From NCBI GenBank assembly GCA_964657675.1, contig CAZZWE010000003.1, forward strand, positions 1 to 63,847: a stretch of DNA of 63,847 nucleotides. The letters run 5' to 3'. The notes under the pieces are model-generated. The model had not been told where the DNA came from, made no database searches, and saw only the letters and a program-made list of their open reading frames with translations. Source of the stretch: an uncultured Steroidobacteraceae bacterium. GTDB taxonomy: Bacteria > Pseudomonadota > Gammaproteobacteria > Steroidobacterales > Steroidobacteraceae. Shown piece after piece: positions 18,572 through 26,839 of the stretch; the stretch's first letter is position 1, and every line of letters starts with the position of its first letter. A program made the position numbers and the translations under genes.

Positions 18572-19769
18572 GAGGGCCCTGCGCATTCGGTGCAGCGCCC
18601 GCAGCGACCGGCGCCGGTTTGCTGACAATGTTGACCGCATCGCCGCTGGCGATGCCATCGGGAGGATTGGCGATGACCTGATCGGTGGGCGTAAGCCCAG
18701 TGGCGATTTCCACGATGGCGCCAAGATCGCGATTCAGGGTGACCGGCTTCACCTGCACATGATTGTTGTTGTCGACCACGGCGATCGACAGTCCCTTGGC
18801 ATCAAAAATCAGCGCGCTCGAAGGAACGCTGAGCGCATTCGCCACCGGTGCCGCATCCAGGCGAATGCTGGCATAGCTTCCCGGCAGCAATTCGCCGGTC
18901 TTGTTGTCAACGATGATTTGCATCAGGGTGGTGCCGCTGGCAGCGTTCACGGATTGTGCCGACGCCTCGACCGTTCCCGCGTACGTCTTGCCGGGATGCT
19001 CCGGAACACGAATGGTCGCCTTGGTCCCTGGCGGAACGCTGGGCACATAGCTTTGCGGGACGTTGACATACACGCGCAGTTTGCCGGTCTCCGACACGAC
19101 GAACAGTTCGACCCCGCCGGTAGACCCCACGTTGATGAGCTGCCCAATATCCGTCTCGCGGGCGGTCACCACGCCATCGAATGGCGCAACCAGTCGCTTG
19201 AATCCCTCTTCCGCCGCCAAACGATCTACGTTGGCCTGCGCCGCCTTGACCTGCGCGACGTCGGCATCCGAGGTGAACTTGCGTTGATCAACATCTTGTT
19301 TAGACACGGCATCGGTATCGGCGAGCGACTGCCAACGCTTGGCGCTCACTTCCGAGAGTTTGGCGTTGGCCTGAGCAGCGGCCAAGGCGGCACGCGCCTG
19401 CGCCAACTGCTGGTCGATGTCGGGGGTATCGATTTCAGCGAGCAAATCGCCGGCTTTGACCTTGCTGCCAATGTCGTGCTTCCAACTCTTCAGATACCCC
19501 GGTACGCGGGCGTAGATCGGTGCCTGAATGAAGGCCTCGAGGCGACCGGGTAGTTCGTAGCCGCTCTGATTCTCCGCGCGCCCCGGAGCGACCACCGCCA
19601 CATTCGGCACGGCCTCCGCCTCGGTGAGTTTTCCCAGTTGCGAGGCTTGCGTCGATCGGGAGATCACCCCGTAAACCACGATGCCGATGACCAAGACGAT
19701 GAAAATGATGCCAGGCAGGCGGAGGCTGCGCGCCGTACGCAGCTTCGCATTCTGATCAGGTGGCGCCAT
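18564..19769 (-). CDS. RND efflux periplasmic adaptor (MFP) subunit (operon 1)
   Basis: N-terminal TM anchor and lipoyl/hairpin region IYARVPGYLKSWKHDIGSKVKAGDLLAEIDTPDID. ATG 19769 is preceded by GGGAGA. The ORF opens at 19871. Confidence 0.85.
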   Translation of the reverse strand: MAPPDQNAKLRTARSLRLPGIIFIVLVIGIVVYGVISRSTQASQLGKLTEAEAVPNVAVVAPGRAENQSGYELPGRLEAFIQAPIYARVPGYLKSWKHDIGSKVKAGDLLAEIDTPDIDQQLAQARAALAAAQANAKLSEVSAKRWQSLADTDAVSKQDVDQRKFTSDADVAQVKAAQANVDRLAAEEGFKRLVAPFDGVVTARETDIGQLINVGSTGGVELFVVSETGKLRVYVNVPQSYVPSVPPGTKATIRVPEHPGKTYAGTVEASAQSVNAASGTTLMQIIVDNKTGELLPGSYASIRLDAAPVANALSVPSSALIFDAKGLSIAVVDNNNHVQVKPVTLNRDLGAIVEIATGLTPTDQVIANPPDGIASGDAVNIVSKPAPVAAGAAPNAQGPHG

Positions 19770-22700
19770 GAAGTTCTCCCAAAGATGCATCCGGTGCGGG
19801 CACAGGCCGGTAATTGCGATGGACAATGCTGAATAGGACAGGAACAAAGAAGAGCGTCGAAACCGTCGCAAAGATCAGGCCGCCAATGACGGCCCGGCCG
19901 AGGGGCGCATTCTGTTCGCCGCCTTCGCCCAAGCCCAACGCCATGGGCAACATGCCGATCACCATGGCGAGTGCGGTCATCATCACGGGACGCAAACGCA
20001 CGAAGCCGGCTTCGAGCGCCGCCAGGGTGGCATCGCCCAATTCCGTCAACTTTTCGCGGGCGAAGCTGATGACCAGCACGCTGTTCGCGGTGGCCACGCC
20101 CATGCACATGATGGCGCCCGTCAGCGCCGGGACAGAAAGTGTCGTATGGGTGGCAAATAACATCCACACGATGCCGGCCAAGGCCGCCGGCAATGCCGTG
20201 ATGATGACGAACGGATCGGTCCAGGACTGGAAGTTGATCACGATCAGCAAGTAGATCAGGACGATGGCGCCGAGCAATCCGAACAACAGACCTTGATAAG
20301 CACTGTGCATGGTAGCGGTTTGCCCGACCAGTTCGATGGTGGATCCCTTGGGCTTGTCCTTGTCGTTCTTGGTCATGATGTCGCGGATGTCCGTGGACAC
20401 GGCGCCCAAGTCGCGGCCTTGAACCGTGGCAAAAATATCCACCATGGAGGAAATATCGTATTGCGACACCACGGCATTGACGTTGGACCGCTGTATGTCC
20501 GCAATTCCGCCCAACACCGTGGTCGGCGCGCCGCGCGAATTGATGGGCAGGTTCTGCAACGCGGGCAGGCTGTCGATCTGATATTGGGGTGTCTGCAGCG
20601 CGATCGGGTAGGTGACGCCGTTCTTAGGATTCAGCCAGTATGTCGGGGCTACCTGCAAGGAACTCGCCAGATTCACCACCAAGCTGTTGGTCACATCAGC
20701 TGCCGTGACGCCGGTGTATTGCGCCCGGGTGCGGTCGATGTTCACGTCGAACGCCGGTCCATGCGCGGACTGCTGAATGCGCGCATCCGCCACGCCGGGA
20801 ATATGCCGGATCGCGTTCAGCAGCTTGTTGGCGTAATCGAAGTCAGCGGTCAGGTTGTTGCCGCGAACCTGCAGGTCGATAGGCGCGGGTGCACCAAAGT
20901 TCAGGATCTGGCTGACGATGTCGGCGGGCAGAAAGGAGAACGTCGTACCCGGGAAGAGCTTCGGCAACTCCCTGCGCAGCTTACTGACGTATTCGGCCGT
21001 GGGCGCATGCCCCTCGGTCAAAGACACCGTGATGTCGCCGTCCGATTCGTTGATGGTGCCGGTGTTGTTGTAAATCGTATTGATGGACGACAGGTACGTG
21101 CCCAGGTTATCGACGATGGCCTCGGTCTCGGACGCCGGGATGATGTGACGAATCGCCTTCTCGATGTTGGTGAAGCGGGCCGCGGTCTCCTCGACGCGCA
21201 GGCCCACCGGTGCACGCACGTGCATCAAGATTTGACCCCCATCCACCTGCGGAAAGAAGTTGCGTCCGAGGAACGGCGCCAGCGCGAAGGAGACCAGCAC
21301 GAAGCCCAAGAAGCACGCGATGAACAGCCGGCGATGCTCGATGGCGAGGGCCAAGGCATTGTGATAACCGTCGCGCAACTTCGTGAATCCATGTTCGAAT
21401 CCACGCTGAAAGCGCACCAGCGGATTGCGGGTCGGCTTCGCATGCTGGGACGCGACATGCGGCTTCAACAGGTATTTCGCCATCGTGGGCACCAAGGTGC
21501 GCGACAGCAGGAATGAAAACACCATCGCCAGCATCACGCTCTCGGCAAGTGGCACGAACAGGTAACGGGCAACCCCGCTCAAGAAGAACATGGGCACGAA
21601 CACGATGCAGATGCACAGCAGCGACACGAACGCCGGGATGACGATCTGCGAGGCGCCGTCGATGATGGCGCGTTCCGGCGCCTTGCCCTGTTCCAAATGA
21701 TAGTTGATGCTCTCGATGGTGACCGTTGCTTCGTCAACCAGAATACCGACCGCCAGCGCGAGGCCACCCAACGTCATGATGTTGAGCGTTTCGCCCAACG
21801 CCCAAAGTCCCGCGATGGCGCCCAAGATGGACAGCGGGATCGAGGTGGTGACGATCAAGGTCGAGCGCCAGCTGCCGAGGAACAACAGGATCATGAGGCT
21901 GGTGAGCACGGCCGCGATCACGCCCTCGCGAATGACGCCCTGAATCGAGGCACGCACGAAAATTGATTGGTCGCCGATGGGCTTGATTTCCAGCGCGTCG
22001 GGAAGCGTCGGCTTGATGACCCCGATCATTTTTTTGATGCCGCTCACGATATCGAGCGTCGAGGTGGAACCATTTTTAAACACGCTCAGCAGCACGGAGC
22101 GCGCGCCATCCACGTGCACGACATTGGTCTGCACGGCGCTGCCGTTATGCACGCTCGCCACGTCGTGCATGTACACCACGGCACCGTTGACGTTCTTGAT
22201 GGGCAGATCCGCCAGGTCCGAGATCTTCGACGGGGCATTGTTCAAGTTGATGGTGTATTCGGTATCGCCGATCTTCTCCGTACCCGCCGGCGTCAACAGA
22301 TTTTGCGCCGCGAGTGCGTTGGCCACATCCTGGCCGGTCAACCCGAGCGCCTGCAGCGCCGCGGTGTTGAGGTCATACATGACCTGCGGCGTCTTGCCGC
22401 CGAAGGGATAGGGAATACCCGCGCCTTGTACCGTGACCAGGCGTGTACGCACGAAATTGGTTCCGAGGTCCGCCAATGTCTGCTCAGTCAGTCCTTTGCC
22501 GGATAGCGCCAGCTGAATGATGGGCACCGTGGAGGCGCTGTAATTCAAAATCAACGGCGGCGTTTCACCGGGCGGGAGCTGTTTCAACAACGTTTGCGCG
22601 ATGGCAGTGACCTGCGCGTTGGCGGTGGCGATGTTGACGGAGGAGTGGAAAAAAATCTTGACGACGCCGAAGGTCGTGTACGAGTTCGACTCGATGTGTT

Positions 22701-22938
22701 CGATGTCGTTGACGGTCGTCGTCAGCGCACGCTCGAACGGCGTGATGACACGGCCGGACATCTGATCGGGCGGCAACCCGGTGTACTGGAACGCCACGCC
22801 GATGATGGGAATGTTGATCGCTGGAAAAATGTCGACCGGCATGCGCAACGCCGCCAGCGTGCCGATCAAAAAGATGAGCATCGCGGCAACGACGAACGTG
22901 TAGGGTCGGCTGAGTGCAATGCGGACTATGGCAAGCAT
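19756..22938 (-). CDS. RND efflux permease (operon 1)
   Basis: About 1060 aa from MLAIVRIALSRPYTF, with 12-TM RND architecture. It is a paralogue of 50102-53308. The ORF opens at 23061. Confidence 0.9.
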   Translation of the reverse strand: MLAIVRIALSRPYTFVVAAMLIFLIGTLAALRMPVDIFPAINIPIIGVAFQYTGLPPDQMSGRVITPFERALTTTVNDIEHIESNSYTTFGVVKIFFHSSVNIATANAQVTAIAQTLLKQLPPGETPPLILNYSASTVPIIQLALSGKGLTEQTLADLGTNFVRTRLVTVQGAGIPYPFGGKTPQVMYDLNTAALQALGLTGQDVANALAAQNLLTPAGTEKIGDTEYTINLNNAPSKISDLADLPIKNVNGAVVYMHDVASVHNGSAVQTNVVHVDGARSVLLSVFKNGSTSTLDIVSGIKKMIGVIKPTLPDALEIKPIGDQSIFVRASIQGVIREGVIAAVLTSLMILLFLGSWRSTLIVTTSIPLSILGAIAGLWALGETLNIMTLGGLALAVGILVDEATVTIESINYHLEQGKAPERAIIDGASQIVIPAFVSLLCICIVFVPMFFLSGVARYLFVPLAESVMLAMVFSFLLSRTLVPTMAKYLLKPHVASQHAKPTRNPLVRFQRGFEHGFTKLRDGYHNALALAIEHRRLFIACFLGFVLVSFALAPFLGRNFFPQVDGGQILMHVRAPVGLRVEETAARFTNIEKAIRHIIPASETEAIVDNLGTYLSSINTIYNNTGTINESDGDITVSLTEGHAPTAEYVSKLRRELPKLFPGTTFSFLPADIVSQILNFGAPAPIDLQVRGNNLTADFDYANKLLNAIRHIPGVADARIQQSAHGPAFDVNIDRTRAQYTGVTAADVTNSLVVNLASSLQVAPTYWLNPKNGVTYPIALQTPQYQIDSLPALQNLPINSRGAPTTVLGGIADIQRSNVNAVVSQYDISSMVDIFATVQGRDLGAVSTDIRDIMTKNDKDKPKGSTIELVGQTATMHSAYQGLLFGLLGAIVLIYLLIVINFQSWTDPFVIITALPAALAGIVWMLFATHTTLSVPALTGAIMCMGVATANSVLVISFAREKLTELGDATLAALEAGFVRLRPVMMTALAMVIGMLPMALGLGEGGEQNAPLGRAVIGGLIFATVSTLFFVPVLFSIVHRNYRPVPAPDASLGELHGAT

Positions 22939-23264
22939 GAAGCTCTCTCGGTACTGGGCATTGTCACAGGGCAAGCCTGCCCGTGATTGGATAAATAGTT
23001 CGTGATGGGTCTTCTCGGTAACCGATGTTGCGCCACAGCCCGCCGCGGCACGCGGGCGCAAGCGTGAAAAGCGCCGAGAGCACAGCAGTGCGCGGCGCCG
23101 ACTGGCGGCGAATTGACTCGATCATGAGGACGCTACGATGAAAGCTTTGGGGTTAAACCCCTGTGGGCTCATCGTTAAGATATATTAATACTCAATAGCC
23201 AAAAGAATCAATGGGTTGTGCGCAGGCCAATATGCGCCCGCACACAATCCTTAACCTGGTTCTG

Positions 23265-23690
23265 CTAGCCGATCGTGAGCCCGACGTCGACGTTACCGCG
23301 CGTGGCGTTCGAATAAGGACAGACCTGATGAGCGGCATCCACCAGCCGCTTGGCGTCGGCAGGCTCCAGCCCCGGGAGGCTGACCTTGAGGTCGGCCGTA
23401 ATGCCAAAGCCCCCTTCGGAGCGCGGACCGATGCCCACCGTCGCCGTTACCGTGGCGTCGTTGGGAACTCGCAATTTCTGCGCCGCCGCCACCGCTTTCA
23501 TCGCACCGATGAAGCACGCGGCGTAACCTGCGGCAAACAGCTGTTCGGGGTTATTGCCCGGCCCGCCAACGCCGCCCAATTCTTTAGGCGTCGCCAGTTT
23601 CAGATTAAGACTGCCATCGGCGGTGCTCGCCTGGCCGTCACGGCCGCCCGTTGCGGTTGCTGTGGTGCGGTATTTGACATCGACTGACAT
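23265..23690 (-). CDS. ohr: organic hydroperoxide resistance protein Ohr (OsmC/Ohr family)
   Basis: 141 aa with the two conserved Cys contexts AAGYAACF and VCPYSNA. Confidence 0.9.
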   Translation of the reverse strand: MSVDVKYRTTATATGGRDGQASTADGSLNLKLATPKELGGVGGPGNNPEQLFAAGYAACFIGAMKAVAAAQKLRVPNDATVTATVGIGPRSEGGFGITADLKVSLPGLEPADAKRLVDAAHQVCPYSNATRGNVDVGLTIG

Positions 23691-23842
23691 GATAAATTCG
23701 TCCCGTTGCGTTGCGATGAGGGTTCGCCGAACATGCTACGCCGCGACCCGACCCGCGCAAGTCACCAGAATCTATTTATTCGATCGACTTTATCTATGAC
23801 CGAGCGACTCGGATCGATGTAGAGGCTGCTGAAAGCCGTCGA

Positions 23843-25837
23843 CTAGATTCGATGGGCGCCGGTGATGATGAACTTCTCCAGCATGTCGCCGTAGTCGTTC
23901 TCGGCGGAACGTGCTTTGGCGAACCACCCCAGGCATTTATCGGCCGGCATCGGCCGCGCAAACAGATAACCCTGTCCATGATGGCAGCCGAGACTCTCGA
24001 GAATATCGGCTTGCTGATAACTCTCGATGCCCTCGGCAATGACCTCGATGTGCAGGTTGCGGGCGATGGCAATGATGGCGCTGACGATGGCAAGATCGCT
24101 GGCATCCGTGACGACATCGCGCACGAAGCTCTTGTCGATCTTAAGCACATCGACCCGCCAGTGCTTCAAGTAAGCCAAGCTCGAGTAGCCGGTCCCAAAA
24201 TCGTCGATGGCGATTTTGATGCCCAAATCTCTCAAGCCGGCCAAGGTGTCCTTTTGATCGCCGGACTTAGTCGGCCGGGTGTCGAATACCCCACGTTCCG
24301 TCATTTCAAGCTGCAGCATGTGCGCCGGCAGATTGGCGCTTTTGAGCAAGGCGGCAATCTTGGTCTGAAATTCACCGCTTTGCAGCTGAATGGGCGCCAC
24401 ATTCAACGATACCGGCGCAAGTTCCACACCGGCTTCGCGCCACTTCACCATGTCCTGCACGGCTCGGTGCAGCACGAAATTTCCGATCGGAACCACCAAG
24501 CCGGTTTCCTCGGCGACGGGGATGAACCAATCCGCGGGTATCATTCCATGCGTCGGATGATGCCAACGGATGAGCGCCTCCAACCCGATGGTTTTGCGGG
24601 TGCTCAAATTGACCAGCGGCTGATAGTAAACATCCAGCTGCTTCAAGCGCAGCGCGTCACGCAGCATCACTTCGACCGCGACACGGTGCTGCACGCGGCG
24701 GTTCATTTGAACACTGAACACCTGGACGTTGTTGCGGCCCCGATCCTTCGCCTGATACATGGCCGTGTCGGAGTGCTTCAACAACTCCACCATATCATCG
24801 CCATCGCGGGGAAAAATGCTGATGCCGACACTGGCGGAAGTCTGCAAAGGCCGTTGATCGACGACGATGGGCGCGCCCAGCTGCTCGATGATCCGCGCAG
24901 CACCCAGCATGACCTCCTCATCGGAGCGCAGGTTGAGGAACAACACGACGAATTCATCGCCGCCCATGCGGATGATGACATCGCCGGCTCGCACGCATTG
25001 GCGCAGGCGCGCCGCCACCACCGTCAGCAGCTTGTCGCCCGTCTCGTGACCGTAGGTATCGTTGATATGCTTGAAGCGATCGAGGTCGAGAAAGATGACG
25101 CCGAGCATCAAACCGGCAGCCTTGGCTGATTCGATGGCGCCTGGCAGAAAAGACGCCAGGTAATGCCTATTGGGAAGTTCCGTCAACTGATCGTGGTGGG
25201 CGATCTGCGCCAGTCGCTGTTGATTATCGATGAGCTGGGACTCGGCTTTCTTGCTGACCGACACATCGCGCGTGATGAATGCAGTCACTTCTCGGCCGTC
25301 CATGCTGAGCGTGCTCGCCCGCAATTCGATGTCGAGCAGGCTTCCATCCTTACAACGCTGCTGCGAGGGCAGCGCCGCCTGCGATTGCGTATGCCGTAGC
25401 TGCGAATGCATCTCGCGCAGCGACTGCAAATCTGCCCCAAAGATATCCGCAAGCGTCAGCGTCAGGATTTCGTCCGAGGAAAGCCCCAGCCTTATTTGCA
25501 TGGCCGAATTGGCATACAGCAACTCGAAAGTCCGCGAGTCGCAAATCACGATCCCATCATTCGCCTGGTCGATCAGGTCTTTGTAGTGACTGTGTGCGCG
25601 CTGCGCGTTGCGATTTTGACGGCGCAGACTGATGGCCACGAGTGTGAGAGCGGCCGTGGCGATGACGGCGACGAGGATCTCACTGCTTTGTTGCCAGCGG
25701 TTCAGCGCGAACAATTCCGGTTCCGCGAACCCATAGGTCAGCGCGATACCCAGCAGTGTCAGCGCGCAGGTCCAAGGGTTACCACGAACCACCATGACGG
25801 CGCGAAATACCAGCTGATCGAGGATGCCCTTACGCAT
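23843..25837 (-). CDS. membrane-anchored PAS-GGDEF-EAL protein (c-di-GMP turnover)
   Basis: N-terminal TM segments, PAS region (NDGIVICDSRTFELLYANSA), GGDEF (RMGGDEFVV) and EAL motifs (EALIRW, EMTER, DDFGTGYSS). Confidence 0.9.
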   Translation of the reverse strand: MRKGILDQLVFRAVMVVRGNPWTCALTLLGIALTYGFAEPELFALNRWQQSSEILVAVIATAALTLVAISLRRQNRNAQRAHSHYKDLIDQANDGIVICDSRTFELLYANSAMQIRLGLSSDEILTLTLADIFGADLQSLREMHSQLRHTQSQAALPSQQRCKDGSLLDIELRASTLSMDGREVTAFITRDVSVSKKAESQLIDNQQRLAQIAHHDQLTELPNRHYLASFLPGAIESAKAAGLMLGVIFLDLDRFKHINDTYGHETGDKLLTVVAARLRQCVRAGDVIIRMGGDEFVVLFLNLRSDEEVMLGAARIIEQLGAPIVVDQRPLQTSASVGISIFPRDGDDMVELLKHSDTAMYQAKDRGRNNVQVFSVQMNRRVQHRVAVEVMLRDALRLKQLDVYYQPLVNLSTRKTIGLEALIRWHHPTHGMIPADWFIPVAEETGLVVPIGNFVLHRAVQDMVKWREAGVELAPVSLNVAPIQLQSGEFQTKIAALLKSANLPAHMLQLEMTERGVFDTRPTKSGDQKDTLAGLRDLGIKIAIDDFGTGYSSLAYLKHWRVDVLKIDKSFVRDVVTDASDLAIVSAIIAIARNLHIEVIAEGIESYQQADILESLGCHHGQGYLFARPMPADKCLGWFAKARSAENDYGDMLEKFIITGAHRI

Positions 25838-26062
25838 CGACCCGCATCGTCCGGCGCAGTGAATATCCTAGAAGAAGAATTCCCGAGTTCGACATAATCT
25901 TGTGGGCGTCATAATAGTGAGCGTCGAGTCACTATCGGCGAAGCCAGGGCAGGCATGTGGTAGCAGCCTCACAGAATGCGCCGCATCGATTGTGATGTGA
26001 CGCAAAGACGACTGTAGGACAGTGTCTGACGCGATTCGCGCGCACGAAATCTCCCGCGGGCG

Positions 26063-26089
26063 CATTGCTTTTACTAACAAAAAGCAATG
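26063..26089. repeat. perfect 10-bp inverted repeat (CATTGCTTTT-7 nt-AAAAGCAATG)
   Basis: Read directly from the sequence. It lies in the 279-bp gap between the nicotinamidase stop and the PAS-GGDEF-EAL start. No U-tract is present on either strand. Confidence 0.5.
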
Positions 26090-26116
26090 AAGCCGAGGTC
26101 GCGGCAGACTGTTAAG

Positions 26117-26839
26117 TCAGGCCATCTGCAAGTCTGTTGATTGAATGCGCCGCACACCCGCCGCGGTCATGGCCTTCCACGCCTTGGACAGCGAGGCATT
26201 GAAGTCCACGCCTCGACAGGCATCTTCGATGACATACGTCTGGAACCCGGCATGACGTGCATCGAGCGCCGTTTGGGCCACACAGAAGTCTGTGGCCAGC
26301 CCGCAAACGAACAGGCGCCGGATGCTGCGTTCCTTTAAGTACCCCTCAAGACCCGTCGAGGTTTTGTGGTCGGCTTCGCGAAACGCCGAGTAGCTGTCGA
26401 CATCCTTGTGAAAGCCCTTGCGAATGATCAGTTCCGCCTGAGGGACATTGAGGTCGCGGGCAAGGGCCGCGTCATCCGTACCCTGCACGCAGTGATCCGG
26501 CCACAGCACTTGATTGCCATAGGAGACAGGCATCGAATCAAGCGGCTTGCGCCCCGGATAGCGGGACGCAAAGGACACGTGACCCAAGGGATGCCAATCC
26601 TGCGTGAGCGCGACGTTTTGAAAGGCGGCGGCAATACGATTGATGACCGGCACCACCGCATCGCCCTCTTTGATCGCCAGCGAACCGGAGATGAAGCAAT
26701 TCTGCACGTCGACCACGATGAGTGCGCAACTCGGGTCGAGCTTGATCTTAAGCATGGCGGCCTCCAACCTAGCCCCCCTGCAGCAGGCAAGCGTCGCGCC
26801 CGCCATTAACAAGCCGTCGAGGACTGTCCTACGATTCAT
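26117..26839 (-). CDS. nicotinamidase/pyrazinamidase-like isochorismatase family hydrolase
   Basis: Motifs VVDVQNCF, DWHPLGHVSF and VCGLATDFCV (catalytic Cys). The long form carries the twin-arginine-like leader MNRRTVLDGLLMAGATLA. An alternative in-frame ATG at 26755 is also preceded by GGAGG. Confidence 0.8.
   Translation of the reverse strand: MNRRTVLDGLLMAGATLACCRGARLEAAMLKIKLDPSCALIVVDVQNCFISGSLAIKEGDAVVPVINRIAAAFQNVALTQDWHPLGHVSFASRYPGRKPLDSMPVSYGNQVLWPDHCVQGTDDAALARDLNVPQAELIIRKGFHKDVDSYSAFREADHKTSTGLEGYLKERSIRRLFVCGLATDFCVAQTALDARHAGFQTYVIEDACRGVDFNASLSKAWKAMTAAGVRRIQSTDLQMA

Noticed and set aside
20293-21516. 407-aa ORF antisense to RND permease 1 (similar cases at 23852-25129, 41857-42942, 43187-44341, 53265-54203, 5780-6655 and 7421-8314)
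   Set aside because: All lie opposite well-supported genes, lack motifs and have antisense-type composition. I treat them as non-coding.
23217-23246. Imperfect hairpin (tgtgcgcaggccaatatgcgcccgcaca) as the ohr terminator
   Set aside because: Only the outer 6 bp pair cleanly and the inner stem has mismatches. The downstream T-run is weak. This is not enough to call a terminator.
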